In this document: positions 1 through 13,514 of the stretch, in pieces | Layout of the letters: every line of letters begins with the position of its first letter | How positions within the stretch are numbered: position 1 is the first letter of the stretch | From: Octopus vulgaris | Taxonomy: Eukaryota | DNA length: 64,000 bases | Reading direction: 5' to 3' | Assembly (NCBI GenBank): GCA_951406725.2 | Contig: OX597836.1 | Coordinates: 18,476,001 to 18,540,000, forward strand | Position numbers and translations under genes: made by a program | The notes under the pieces: model-generated | What the model was told of the DNA's origin: nothing | Databases searched by the model: none | What the model saw: only the letters and a program-made list of their open reading frames with translations

Positions 1-420
1 TTATATATATATATACGTACACACAAACGCATATGTATATGTATATATCCCAACATACACACACATAACCAATGGGAGATAAAAAGAGAGAGGGACGACA
101 TTACAGTACCCATTTAACGAATCCTCTATTCTTTCTCTCTCACTTCCTCATCCTGCACCGCATTCTCTCCCACTTCTTCTGTATTCTCTTTCTATTTTTC
201 TTTTTCTTCTATATTCCTTCCTTTTCTTCTCTTCTCTTTCATTACCCATTTATCTCTCTCTGATATTTTTCGGATTCTATTTTTAAATTCATTCCTCCTC
301 CTCCTCCCCCTCCTTCTCCTCCAGTTCCTCATTGTTAATAGTGTCGATCATTTAATCCCGTCTCAAACTCTTTCACACTATTTCCTTCTTTCTCTCCTCC
401 TTACTTCATTTTCTTTTCAG

Positions 421-421
421 C

Positions 422-453
<32 letters not shown>

Positions 454-488
454 GCTTAAATCCCTCTCTTTCTTTCTGTTTACATATG

Positions 489-554
<66 letters not shown>

Positions 555-629
555 TATGCATCTATATATATATATATATATATATATCCATCCATCCATC
601 CGTCTATCTATCTATTCATCTATACATCC

Positions 630-675
<46 letters not shown>

Positions 676-694
676 CTCTCTATCTCTCTATCTA

Positions 695-734
<40 letters not shown>

Positions 735-827
735 TCTATTCATCTATACATCCGTCTTTCTCTCTCTGTCTCTCTATCTATCTATCTATCTATCTATCCA
801 TCCATCCATCCATCCATCCATCCATCC

Positions 828-891
<64 letters not shown>

Positions 892-950
892 GTCTGTCTG
901 TCTATCTGTATCTCTATCAATCTACCTACCTACCCATACACCGATAATAG
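421..950. repeat. Compound microsatellite (CT/TA/TG/TCCA/TCTA/TCTG)
   Basis: Abutting di- and tetranucleotide tracts read directly; representative of many such blocks across the window. Confidence 0.97.
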
Positions 951-1090
951 GCGTACTCTAAGTTTTTCTTAAGTAAGCCTTTACCTCTGTCGCCTCTTCT
1001 CACCCTCTCACTCACTGTCTTTGTGTCTCTGTCTCACCTTCTTACTCACTCTCTCTCTCTCTCTCTCTCTGTGCTTATGTGTGTATGTGC

Positions 1091-1129
<39 letters not shown>

Positions 1130-1827
1130 TACACCTATGTGTATATATATATATATGCATGTGTGTGTGCATAAGGAGAGAGAGAGTGATACCCTCATGT
1201 ATATACACGCTGTCTTAAATTCCCTTCCAACTCTCAATATCTTCTCAATATCTTCAACACACATACACACCCACCATCTTACTTTTCTTTTCCCCTCTTC
1301 CCCCATCACCCCCTATTACTTATTCTAATCTAATTCCTCATCTTTTCTTTCTCTTTTATCTCCAAATTTACCTCTTATTTTCAGTTTTTGTTTATTTTTT
1401 TTGTTGCATTTTACTTGTTACAAATCATCATCAGTTATTTTCATTACCATCAGAACCACCATCACCATCATCATTTTCATCACCACCAAAACCACCCCCA
1501 CCAACATCATCATCTTCATCATCATCAACGTAGTCGTGGTTCACGTCGTCGTCGTCATCGTCATCATCATCATTATCTTCATCATCATTATCTTCCCCGT
1601 CACCACCACTATCACAATCACGGACGTCTTCATCTTCCTAGCCACTACCATCTCCCTCACCTAGCCACTACCATCTACCACCATCATCCTCATCTTCATC
1701 AGCTCCACCATCATCGCCATCATCATAATCGTCGCCGACGTCGTAATCATCAGCATTTTCATTCGACTTTTATCTTTTTCGCTATCGTTTCCCCTTTTTA
1801 ATTATCTTTTCCCCTTTTTAATTATCA

Positions 1828-2125
1828 CTTCTTCTTCTCCTTCTTCTTCTTCTTCTCCTTCTTCTTCTTCTCTGTCTTCTTCTTCTTCTTCTTCTTCTTC
1901 TTCTTCTTCTTCTTCTTCTTCTTCTTCTTCTTCTTCTACTTCTTCTTCTTCTTCTTCTCCGTCTTCTTCTTGTTCTTCTTGTTCTTCTTCTTCTCCGTCT
2001 TCTTCTTGTTCTTCTTATTATTATTCTTCCTCCTCTTCTTCTTGTTCTTGTTCTTGTTCTTGTTCTCCTTCTCTTCCTTCTTCTTCTTCTACTTTTTTCT
2101 CCTCCTCCTCCTCCTCCTCCTCCTT
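1828..2125. repeat. (TTC)n/(TTCTTG)n/(CCT)n trinucleotide tract
   Basis: Direct inspection. Confidence 0.95.
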
Positions 2126-2210
2126 CTTGAACTTGAATTTTAATGGAAAAAGGAAGTCATTGAGAGATAGGCTGTTAGCTAGAGAGATTGATAGATACAC
2201 AGAGAGACAC

Positions 2211-2247
<37 letters not shown>

Positions 2248-2392
2248 GAGACACACAGACTGACAAGCAGACAGACAGACAGACAGACAGATTGGTTGAT
2301 TTTTTCGTAAAACTTCTGTGTCTGAGTGTTAAAAGCGAAATCGCTGATTCGGGCTTACCATAATCCATGTATCGCAAATACTCTCTGACTTT

Positions 2393-2463
<71 letters not shown>
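2393..2463. repeat. (TAG)n microsatellite
   Basis: Direct inspection; source of the poly-Y/poly-L ORFs. Confidence 0.97.
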
Positions 2464-2616
2464 TGTTGTTCTTCTTCTTCAAACAAGTGTTGACATTTCC
2501 CAAGTGTATTGCATGCTCGTATAAAGGTGTGTGAGTGCGCGTTTGTATATGTGTGTGCGTGAGTGTGCGTGTGTGTGCGTGTACGCGTGTGTATACATAA
2601 ACACACACACACACAG

Positions 2617-2693
<77 letters not shown>

Positions 2694-3006
2694 TATATTT
2701 ATGTGTATATATATATATATATACACATACATACATGCATGCACACACACATATGTATCTATATATATATGCCCATATTCATATATGAATTGAATACAGA
2801 CGCATACACACACACACACACACACACACAAAGACACGTAGACGCACACAGACACACATACACACATATAAAGGGTATAACTATCTGTATATATGTATAA
2901 ATATTGTGTGTCAGCGTGCATATACACATATGAGCAAAAGCGCATCTTCATATGCTATTTAGCATAAGGGCAGGTGTGTGCATATGTGTGTGTGCGTGTA
3001 TATATA

Positions 3007-3044
<38 letters not shown>

Positions 3045-3232
3045 GTGTGTACGTTGATATGTGTGTGTGTGTGTGTGTAAACATATAAGTGTATATGTGT
3101 TTGCGCATATGTATGTACAAGTATACGAGAGACGCAGTTCCATTATATCACAGAACAAGTTTCAGTAAAATTTTCTCTATCAATAGTATATACATCTCCT
3201 GTGTATACATACCGTGAATATTTATGAGTGCG

Positions 3233-3280
<48 letters not shown>

Positions 3281-3513
3281 TACACGCGAGTACAGAAACT
3301 GACGTATACCGGTATGATCATTTCCACAGCTACATACATACACCTGTGTTCTTGTGAGTGTGCGTGTGCTTGTGTGTGTTTTATTAAAACATAGAAGTGA
3401 CTGTTTTAATAAAAACATGTTCGTAGACTACTTTACTCTAAGTGGCTTTGCCGTATTATCTCCTTCACAACTTATCCCCAAATTGATTTGAGTTCGAGCG
3501 AGTGTGTGGTTGC

Positions 3514-3544
<31 letters not shown>

Positions 3545-3556
3545 CATATGTATATA

Positions 3557-3602
<46 letters not shown>

Positions 3603-3628
3603 TGATGCGTACTTATTTGTATACATAT

Positions 3629-3673
<45 letters not shown>

Positions 3674-4415
3674 CATAATATATATATATGTATATGTATA
3701 TAAATATATGTATATGTATGTATATATGTATGTTTATATATACATATACACACATATATATGCATATGTTTGTATATATATATACACATATATAGACATA
3801 TGTATGTATATATATATATATATATGCATATACACAAATATATGTATATATATACCATTTATATATCAACGTATATGTGCATATTATGAATGTGTATATC
3901 TACAAGTGAAAATATATGTGTGTATTATCTATGTATATATATGTATGTGTGTACATATATATATATATATGTATGTATATGTATATATATACATAGATGC
4001 ATGGATATATGTATATATATATATGTACATATATATATATGTATGTATGTACACATAAACGTATGTAAGCATATAAGTATAAATACATTGAGTATGCATG
4101 TGCGTGTCTACAAGGACCAGTTGAGACTTATGTTAGCTAGTGTTCAAACAGTAGCGCGGTTGCTGCTGCTGCCTTTGTTGTTGTTCTTGTTGTTTTTGAG
4201 ATTCTTGCTCGTATGTATTAGTTCTTTGTTGCCAGTTAGACAGGAGTATTGATGGTAGCGGTAGGGGTAGGAGGAGAAGAAGATAGCTCTCCGTCATGCC
4301 TGGATAGGCTAGCGTGACGTAATTGATAGTCGTTGCTGCTATATCTCCCCTCCATTTTCCCGTTGTCTCTTTCTTTCTATCGTTTGAGACATACACACAC
4401 ACATATATACATGTA

Positions 4416-4614
<199 letters not shown>

Positions 4615-5005
4615 GTATATCTCATATTATACATCTTTCTGCTCTAAATCGCTCTTTTTCTCTATCCCACATCCTTCTCCCCTTTTTCTCTATCCCACAT
4701 CATTCTGTCCTTTTTCCCTCTCTCATCATCTCTATATAAGTCCTTTCTCGCTCTCTGTGTGTTTTTCCCTGTCACATAATCTCACTTATTATTCAGGTTC
4801 AATGTGTTTCTGTTTCCACGGTCTTCTCTCTTTCCTCCTCTCTTTCCTTCCCTCTCCTTCTCTCTTCTTATTCACCTCTCTCTCTCTCTCTCTCTTCTCT
4901 ACCTCCTCTCTCTCTTCTCATCCCTCTCTCCCTCCCTCTCACTTTATCTTTCTTACTGCTCTGATTTTGCCTCATTTTTCTCTCTCTCTCTTCTCTCTAT
5001 CTATC

Positions 5006-5051
<46 letters not shown>

Positions 5052-5169
5052 ATTTGCTCGTCTCTTTGTTTTTCCTTCTCATTTGCTCCCACCAGAACTA
5101 CCACACACTCTGCACACTCTCTTCATTCTTTCTTCCTTTTCTTTATTCGCCAATTCGACTTCCTCTCAG

Positions 5170-5372
5170 TTTCTTGATTATTTATAGCATGGATGGCGTG
5201 TTTTGATTTCTTATGCAGCAATAGCTAACCTTTCTGTTTCTCCTCTTGAATAGCTTCTAATATCTATGGTCGGTTGGGAAATCTTTAGTGATTAGTGTCA
5301 GGAAAATCTTAGACACATTTATCATGAAACTGAGGCTTCAGGCTGGGTAGAACCAGATGATATTTGTTTCTC
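5170..5372 (-). mobile_element. Penelope-like element fragment (post-RT thumb/linker region), Naiad-like, decayed
   Basis: Minus strand translates TNIIWFYPA*SLSFMINVSKIFLTLITKDFPTDHRY*KLFKRRNRKVSYCCIRN. This matches the recalled PLE motif NIIWFNPPYSxNVxTNIGKxFLxLIxKHFPxxHxLHKIFNRNTVKVSYSCxxN; two in-frame stops. Confidence 0.8.
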
Positions 5373-5517
5373 AGAAACTGTTTGGTTTATAGTTGACTTG
5401 TTTGAAATTAGATGCGAACTCGATACGTTTCCGCTCATTTTTAGGGCTTCATTAAAAACGTTGCATTTTGGGCAAACTAAGATACGTGGAAATATAAGGA
5501 TTAGCTAGCTAAATAGT

Positions 5518-5548
<31 letters not shown>

Positions 5549-6014
5549 GCACACAGGCAGACAGACAGACAGACAGATAAATAGATAGAGAGATAGATAG
5601 ATATAAGAAAGAATGTTACTTTCACTCATGTAGAAATACAGAAGAATTGGTTTGGTAGTTGAAAATGTATCTGGGTCATAAAATGAATTGTTTCATTTAA
5701 AATTTTTTGATTTCAGCAAAGTTTTACTCATTCAATGGTAAATAAAAAGGAAGATAAGATAAAAATTTCAAAGAAAGTAGACGCACAGGAGGAAATCCAA
5801 TGGAACATGCTTAAAATATTAAATATTTATGAAAAATCAAGTATTTGAGAACTTTTACTGTCACGGAAAACGATAGGACTGTATGATGTAATCACCACTA
5901 AATCGCAGCACAAATTCCATCCTTTCCAGGTGCCCTTCCAAGATTCAGTTTCCTTATCGATGTCATTACCATTATTGAGGGCGTGGAAGGGATTCCATAT
6001 ATATATATATATAT

Positions 6015-6262
6015 GGCACCTTGGGCAAGTATCTTCTACTATAGATTCGGACCGACCAAAAACTTATGAGTTGATTTGGGAGGCGGAAACTGAAAGAAGC
6101 TCATCGGATATGTATATATATGTACGTATATGTTTGTTGTTTTTGTCGGTGTTGGTTCCCCCCCCCCACCATCACTTGACAACCGATGTTGATGTGTTTG
6201 CGTCCCCGTCACTTAGCGATCCGGCAGAAAGTGACCGATAGAATAAGTACTGGGCTTACAAA
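6015..6262 (+). mobile_element. tRNA-derived SINE family A (CORE-like), partial
   Basis: GGCACCTTGGGCAAGT...GGAAACTGAAAGAAGC...CTTGACAACCGATG...CACTTAGCG...GAATAAGTACT, shared with copies at 8809, 23380 and 61425. Confidence 0.9.
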
Positions 6263-6296
6263 ACATATATGCGCGCGCGTGTGTGCGCACTCAACT

Positions 6297-6880
6297 TGGT
6301 CGCTATGGACATTGTCATTCTTTACATAAATTAGCGCAGAACGTTCTCCCTGTGCACCGCTGAAAAAAGCGACGTAATTTTGCCAGACACTTGATGACTC
6401 ATTAGAAGAACAGAGGTAATGTCACGCTGCAGACACCTGAATTCGCTTTTAAACAGTTAAGCTTTATTCCTTACAAAGTAAATATAGGATGTGAAAAGCA
6501 GGTGTACAAAATTATAAGTTAGATTCGCCAGGATAGCAAAATTACCAAGGGATTAACCAGTGTCAAAGGATGACAATTTCGAGATAATGGGTACAATAAA
6601 AGCAAGAAAACACATATAATATCCATCCAGTTGGATATTATAATTCGATAGACACAGAGCAAAACGCGAATCGTACAACGAAAAGCGACGCTCATTGCAT
6701 ACTGAAGTAAAATACGTTACATTTACAGAGTGATGCTTAACAAGAAAAGGATGAGAATGATAGCTACATGCAGAAGAATTCACTTGGATGTTTGTGGATC
6801 CAGCTTGTCTGAGTTGTCGAAGAAACTGTCGCCTGAAGAATCGTGGAAGTGTGAAACTCGTGGAAATTAATTTAGTTTAA
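6297..6880 (+). mobile_element. Penelope-like element 3' remnants: two decayed GIY-YIG C-terminal segments plus a degenerate HHR core
   Basis: 6338-6460 reads RTFSLCTAEKSDVILPDT**LIRRTEVMSRCRHLNSLL (cf. KRCxLCLxEK...LNKRxExxSxCRHxN). ~6585-6780 gives a second copy across frameshifts (SYNEKRRSLHTEVK...MLNKK..MIATCR). CTGAAGA...GAAACTCG lies at ~6833-6860. Confidence 0.6.
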
Positions 6881-6913
6881 ATAATCTTTCTCTCTCTCTC
6901 CCACTCCACACTC

Positions 6914-6984
<71 letters not shown>

Positions 6985-7051
6985 TGTGTGTGTGTATAAT
7001 CATATATATACTCATATATATCGTCAAAGAATATATGCACATATATGCATG

Positions 7052-7096
<45 letters not shown>

Positions 7097-7259
7097 CTTT
7101 AACTACCTCAATATCTATCTAATATATGTACAAATGTGACACTAACACTATATGTGTAAATATGTACATATCTATACAGGCAATACTATACATATATTCT
7201 ATTGCTAAAGTTATATAAACATAAAGAAAACTTTACCATTTTACCAATAATCTATACGT

Positions 7260-7292
<33 letters not shown>

Positions 7293-7299
7293 ATGTATG

Positions 7300-7351
<52 letters not shown>

Positions 7352-8118
7352 CTTCTCACACACTTATTACAAATAGATATATACATATATTCATTACATA
7401 ATTACACACACACACACACACGCACACACACACATACATACACACACACTTATACACAAACACAGAAATACATTACGATAACATGGCCGCCAGATATTCA
7501 GTATTTTTTTTTTTTTTACTCAATTTCCAATCATTTTTCTCTGATGTTGCAACATATTAACTTGAAGTGACATGCTGTTTCAATTTGTGATTAGCAACCC
7601 GAGGGTAACCCCCTTTCAAATACCATCCTCCCCTATCTCTATCTTTCTTCCTCTCTCTCCTCATTTGCTACTTCATTTCCTGAACCAGCTATCTATTTTC
7701 TCTCTTCCATTATTTTTCTCTTCACACAGAATTTACATACGACCCACTTACATATTTATTCTTAATACGCTCCGGCTGAATGGAACGTGAACAAGCTAAT
7801 CCTTGTTGTGTTCAGTCCCCGGAGAACAGTTTCTCCTTTACGACAAATATGCGTTCATAACACACTCCATTCATTAATTAGTACAAGTGATTCTATGATG
7901 CCGCTTTTTCGTCCTTTTGTATCTCGTTAGCCAAGAAGTTCCCCCCCCTGGAATGAAGAATTTTACAAGAGCCGATGACTGTTCTCTGATCAGTGATATC
8001 TTCAGACCAATAAGAAATCATCTTACGCGCAATGGACACCGAGATTAGAAACGATGTCTTGCTTATCTATTCTTAATATGTTCCGGCAGAGTCGAGCACA
8101 ACTATGCAAATCAATGCA

Positions 8119-8164
8119 TTCTAGGATACTAGTGTTTCGACATCTTGTGTCTCGTCAGCCAGAA
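8119..8164 (-). ncRNA. Minimal type I hammerhead ribozyme motif (PLE/retrozyme-associated)
   Basis: Minus: ttctgg-CTGACGA-GACA-caaga-TGTC-GAAA-CACTAG-TA-tcctagaa. Core and stem II are intact, palindromic ACTAGT at helix III, stem I imperfect. Confidence 0.65.
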
Positions 8165-8808
8165 GCTCACCCTTAGCTGATGAACCGGACCGGAACCGGT
8201 GAATTTTTATTTTTAATTTCATCAAATAATCTATTCACTGGTAACTGCCAATCCGTGATAAATCGTCAAATTCAAGGTGAACAGCAAGATTCGAAAAATG
8301 CTTTGCATATCTCTTCTTAATACGTTCCAGCAGATTCGAACGCTGTTGTGTTTTGTCACAGGAGAAGAACAGCCTCTAGTTTACTGCGAATATCTGTTGA
8401 TAATACATTCGATCGTTAGTAGAAGGGAGTCTGAAACAGCCTGTGCTTCGATATCAACCAGAAGCACTGTTTAAATGTAATGTGATAAATATCAACGAAG
8501 CTAGAGATTCTGTTCGTTTGAAGCAAATGGAGACGTGATATTTGGTGCCTATGTGTGGGCTTGGAGGGAGTCATAAAGGAAACTTCCGGACAGTGGGATT
8601 GATGTGTGTGTATTGTCGCATTAGAAGTAAAACACACAGGAAATGTTGACATCTACTTTCAGAAAGAGAGCCACGTCGTTTGAGGATTACTGATTTGGGG
8701 AATTCTACAAAGTTGGTTATGAACTTCTCAGTACAGAGAGCGAAAAAGGACAGACTGCAGACTGAGAAACAGGAGACTTGTATGCTGTGTAATTGATAAA
8801 GGCAGTCT

Positions 8809-9039
8809 TTATTCTTTTACTTGTTTCAATTATTTAATTGTGGACATGCTGGAGCACCGCTTTGGAGGGTTTTAATCGAAGGAATCGAGCCCAGAACTTA
8901 TTCTTTGTAAGCCTAGTACTTATTCTATCGGTCTCTTGCCGAACCGCTAAGTTACGGGGCCGTAAACACACCGATATCGGTCGTCGTGTGATGGTGGAGG
9001 GCAGACAAATACAGATACAAAGACACACACATAGTGTAT

Positions 9040-9070
<31 letters not shown>

Positions 9071-9408
9071 TACGCATACATACATACATACATACATACA
9101 TACATACATACATACATACATACATACATACATACATACATACATACATACATACATACATACATACATACATACATACATACATACATACATACGTACA
9201 TACATACATATAAACATTTATATATATATATATATATACAACGGTCTTCTTTCAGTTTCCGTCTACCAAACTACCAAATCCACTCACAAGGGTTTGGTCG
9301 GCCCAAAGCTTTAGTAAAAGATACTTGCCCAAGTGCTACGCAGTGGAACTGAGTCCGGAACCGCGTCGCTGGGAGGCAAACTTCTTACCACACAGCCACG
9401 CAAGCGCA
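8809..9408 (-). mobile_element. tRNA-derived SINE family A, near full length, with internal (TACA)n expansion
   Basis: Minus: GCGTGGCTGTGTGGTAAG head with A/B-box-like motifs, TTGGGCAAGT core, central microsatellite, and 3' GCGGTGCTCCAGCATG...TGAAACAAGTAAAAG tail. Confidence 0.92.
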
Positions 9409-10146
9409 TATCTTATTTTATCATAATTTACTGAAGATAGTCTTGGAGCTTTTGAGGCTATGAAGTAAACGTTATGTGTGAAGTAAAAGATATGTTATCT
9501 TGTTTTCTTATTTTTGTCGGGCATGGTTCTTTTCCAGTCCCATGATTATGAAAGGTCATAATGGGTGGTTGATCCCCTTCACCCATTTCAGGAATACTAT
9601 TATATTTCCTACGTTTAATATTCCTAAGTATTCAAGTGAATGAAAAACATGAACAATACATGGATCGCATTGATGTGTGTGGGTATGCGTGGCTGCGTTT
9701 GCGTATATGTGTTTGTCTTTGTATGTCTTCATGAATGTACGTGTGTGTATGTGTGTGCATGTGTATGTCTATGTGTGTTTGTATGTGCCTGAGTGTTTGG
9801 TTGTATGTATGCTTGGGTGTCCGCGTGTGTCTTTATATCTGTATCTGTTTGTATGTGTTTGCATGTGTGTGAATGTGACCGTATGTGTGTGTGTCTCGAG
9901 TGAAAACGTTTTATTGAAGTATTCTCATAATACCAAGCCCAGACCTTGTCAGTAAAAGGTGCCAACCATTTCTACAGAGAGCAGCTATCAGCAAGGCATG
10001 TTGCTATAATATTAAAATGATTCCTGCTGCCACCAAACTGACTTTTCATCACACAGTTTTATGTCTAACAGTGTATTACATCATATTATATAATTAACTC
10101 TTAGGAGAAAAACCGCTGCGTATTTATACACACCATCACAAACACA

Positions 10147-10236
<90 letters not shown>

Positions 10237-10239
10237 TAT

Positions 10240-10359
<120 letters not shown>

Positions 10360-10428
10360 ATTGATATCCCATTATGGGTTACATTCATAACCCCTACCTT
10401 ACTTTGTATATATATATATATATTTATA

Positions 10429-10573
<145 letters not shown>

Positions 10574-10839
10574 GATTGTATGTTTTGGGTTTTCTTGTTG
10601 TTATGCACCTATGTGAGCTTATGTGTGCGTTGAAGAATATAAAATAATAACATGTAACAATGTGATATCTAATTTGAAACAGCCATGTCAATATACAATA
10701 GCATATTTAAGTGAACATATGAATATCACAGGCAATGCATCATCAAAGATTAGCGTATCGTCGCCATATTGTATATTTTCTATTGGTTAACTTGGTGAGG
10801 ATTGCAGTTGAAATCTTACATATATATACGCGTGTGAGT

Positions 10840-10913
<74 letters not shown>

Positions 10914-11079
10914 AGACATTGATGTATATATATATATATATGTGCCAATGCATATACATATTTATGCTTTATGTATACGTTTATATAAATTCTAATTTAT
11001 AAATTTGTGTATATATCTAAACATATATGTTGCATATTTCCATTCAAGATGTGACAACGTTTTATGCTTTTCATCTCAC

Positions 11080-11188
<109 letters not shown>

Positions 11189-12230
11189 CATATAATACAA
11201 ATAATATATATATACATATGCATATATACACACGTACATATACATACCTGTTGGTATGTACATGTACGTGTGTTATATATGCATATGTATATATATATTA
11301 TAATATTATTATATGATTGAACGCAACGCATCCTCTTCCAAGAAAGTTTTATCTTAATAATTCTGATGTGCACTGAATTCTCTCTTCTTACTCTTTTGTT
11401 TTACTCTCTTCCTCTCTCTTATCCTCTTCCTCGCTCTTATTCTCTCGTCTTCTCCCACTATTCTATCCTATTACTCTTTCGTTTTTCTCTCTTCCTTTCT
11501 CTATTCTTCTACCTCTCTTTCTCCCCCTCCTACTTTTTCTCACTTATCCTATCTCCAAATTTTTTCCTCTCCCTTTCACAGTTCTCTGTGTCTAGCACTC
11601 TCTCTCTCTCTCTCTCTCCCTCACGCTTTCTCCTTTGCTCACGTGGCTCCCACGTGACCATCGGCCATCTTTCTTTCTTCTCATAACGTGCTTCTTTCCT
11701 TCTCTCCGTTGTAACTGAATCAAGGAAGACGTGTTCATGTCTGTCTCCTCTCCCCAAACTTGATTTATACGTTCGCCACCACAACTTCTTTTAGACTTAG
11801 CAGCTCTTCCTGTTTGTTTTCATCGTCCTGTTTTTGTTACCAATTTTGAACTTCTGCGAAAATCCCAAATTTTATTTAATTTGCTTTGCGGTAGCAACCA
11901 TCTTATCTAAAGCGTATCTTGTGAATTCCTCGAAATATGAGAGTAGAAAAAAACAGCCAACAACAGATGAAGGGTCGTTCCTTATGTCGTTTGTTTTGTT
12001 TTCCATTTGTGTCTTTCGTTGTTCGAAAAAATAGTCCATGTCCCATGTACTCGTACTTCGTATTTATGTTGTACACGTTTCGTGACATCTTGTGCCCGCA
12101 TATGCATATATATGTACGTATAGATGTAGGTGTGTATATATGCATATTACTTGCATTATAATATTAGTATATGACTGAATATCACGCATCCTCTTCCAAG
12201 TAAGTTTTATCTATCTATCTATCTGTCTCC

Positions 12231-12294
<64 letters not shown>

Positions 12295-12314
12295 ATAGAT
12301 AGACTAATAGATAG

Positions 12315-12445
12315 TGAGAATTTACAAAAAAAACAAAAGACGAAGGCAGGTGTGTAAACAACATACAGATGTAGTAGTTTTAGGCTCGGAAAGTGAGGAA
12401 GTCTTTTATGTTTCGAACGTAGGCTCTTCGACAGAAAGGAACACA
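12315..12445 (-). mobile_element. PLE terminal-repeat fragment with variant HHR core (CTGTCGA)
   Basis: Minus: ttt-CTGTCGA-A-GAGC-ctac-GTTC-GAAA-CA-TA-aaa, followed by the same downstream sequence as the copies at 61866, 32680, 35735 and 37020. Confidence 0.65.
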
Positions 12446-12446
12446 G

Positions 12447-12584
<138 letters not shown>

Positions 12585-12659
12585 GACCCCCTTCGGTCAT
12601 GAATGTCTATGGAATTACACCTAGAAAGTTACCCTCCCATGCACAACTCCGGGCAAGGT

Positions 12660-13421
12660 TGCTTTCAACGTAAGAACCGTTGGCTTCAGCCAGTTTCCTC
12701 AAATGGCCAGGGATGAAATGAACAACCTTCTGGAGGAGGTCGTCTGGGATATCAGGGAGAACCTCCTGAATCCCTGTCTCCAAGTCCTGCAGTGGGCGAG
12801 GTTTTCTCTTGTACACCTCCACAGGTAAAAATCACATGCAGTGAGATCCGGACTTCTTGGAAGTCATTCAGGAGGTCCGCGTTGTCACATCAGATTTTAG
12901 CTGCTGTACGTAATGGGATCCCTACGGACGAAAATTCAATTCTTTATGCAAAATCGTACGTATTGTGTGCCTTGTTAGTCCACTTTCACGATGTGGTGAT
13001 TTTTGCGGGCAACGATAAAAAATTTCCTCTACAGTTGCCACGTTCTCCGCTGATCGGGATGTCGCTGGACGGCCACTTCTTTCATCGTTCACAGAGCCCG
13101 TAGTCATCAGCTTTTGTTTTGTATGACCCACTTTTTATTGTCACCGGAGGTAGTGTTACATGCTTACCTTTCCACACACGCCACCATCTCTGAATCAAAA
13201 CAATGGAATTGCTTACTTCATAATGAACCGTTATCTTTGTTCGCACCTGAAGAGCCAAGCGACCGTCCATCTGGAAAATAAGAAATATGACGATAAGACA
13301 ATAAATAAAGAATCCCCATTAGTGTTGTCTATTTTAAATAGGTTTCCATCACGACTTCAATCATTCTAAAAATTCTATAAATAATTTCTGATGCCTAGTT
13401 ACTTTCCATCCAATCTGTGTA
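12660..13421 (-). mobile_element. Tc1/mariner (Tc3/DUF4817-like) transposon remnant, internally deleted
   Basis: N-terminal HTH (SIVLIQRWWR...TGSVNDERSGRPATSRSAENV...TILHKELNFRP), then RGPPE*LPRSPDLTACDFYLW (the WPPRSPDLxPxDFFLW motif) and C-terminal VYKRKPRPLQDLE...NGSYVE. TIR-like end TACACAGATTGGATGGAAAGTAACTAGGCA at ~13392-13421. Confidence 0.88.
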
Positions 13422-13448
13422 TCATAAATCCGTTGCTATAGACACATG

Positions 13449-13514
<66 letters not shown>

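Noticed and set aside
1388-1801. His-rich ORF (also 24197-24682)
   Set aside because: (CAT)n repeats, with overlapping low-complexity ORFs in another frame; no splice or codon evidence.
6392-6397. Tandem TGA TGA in the PLE C-terminal remnant as selenocysteine codons
   Set aside because: They are not at conserved Cys positions and no SECIS is seen downstream.
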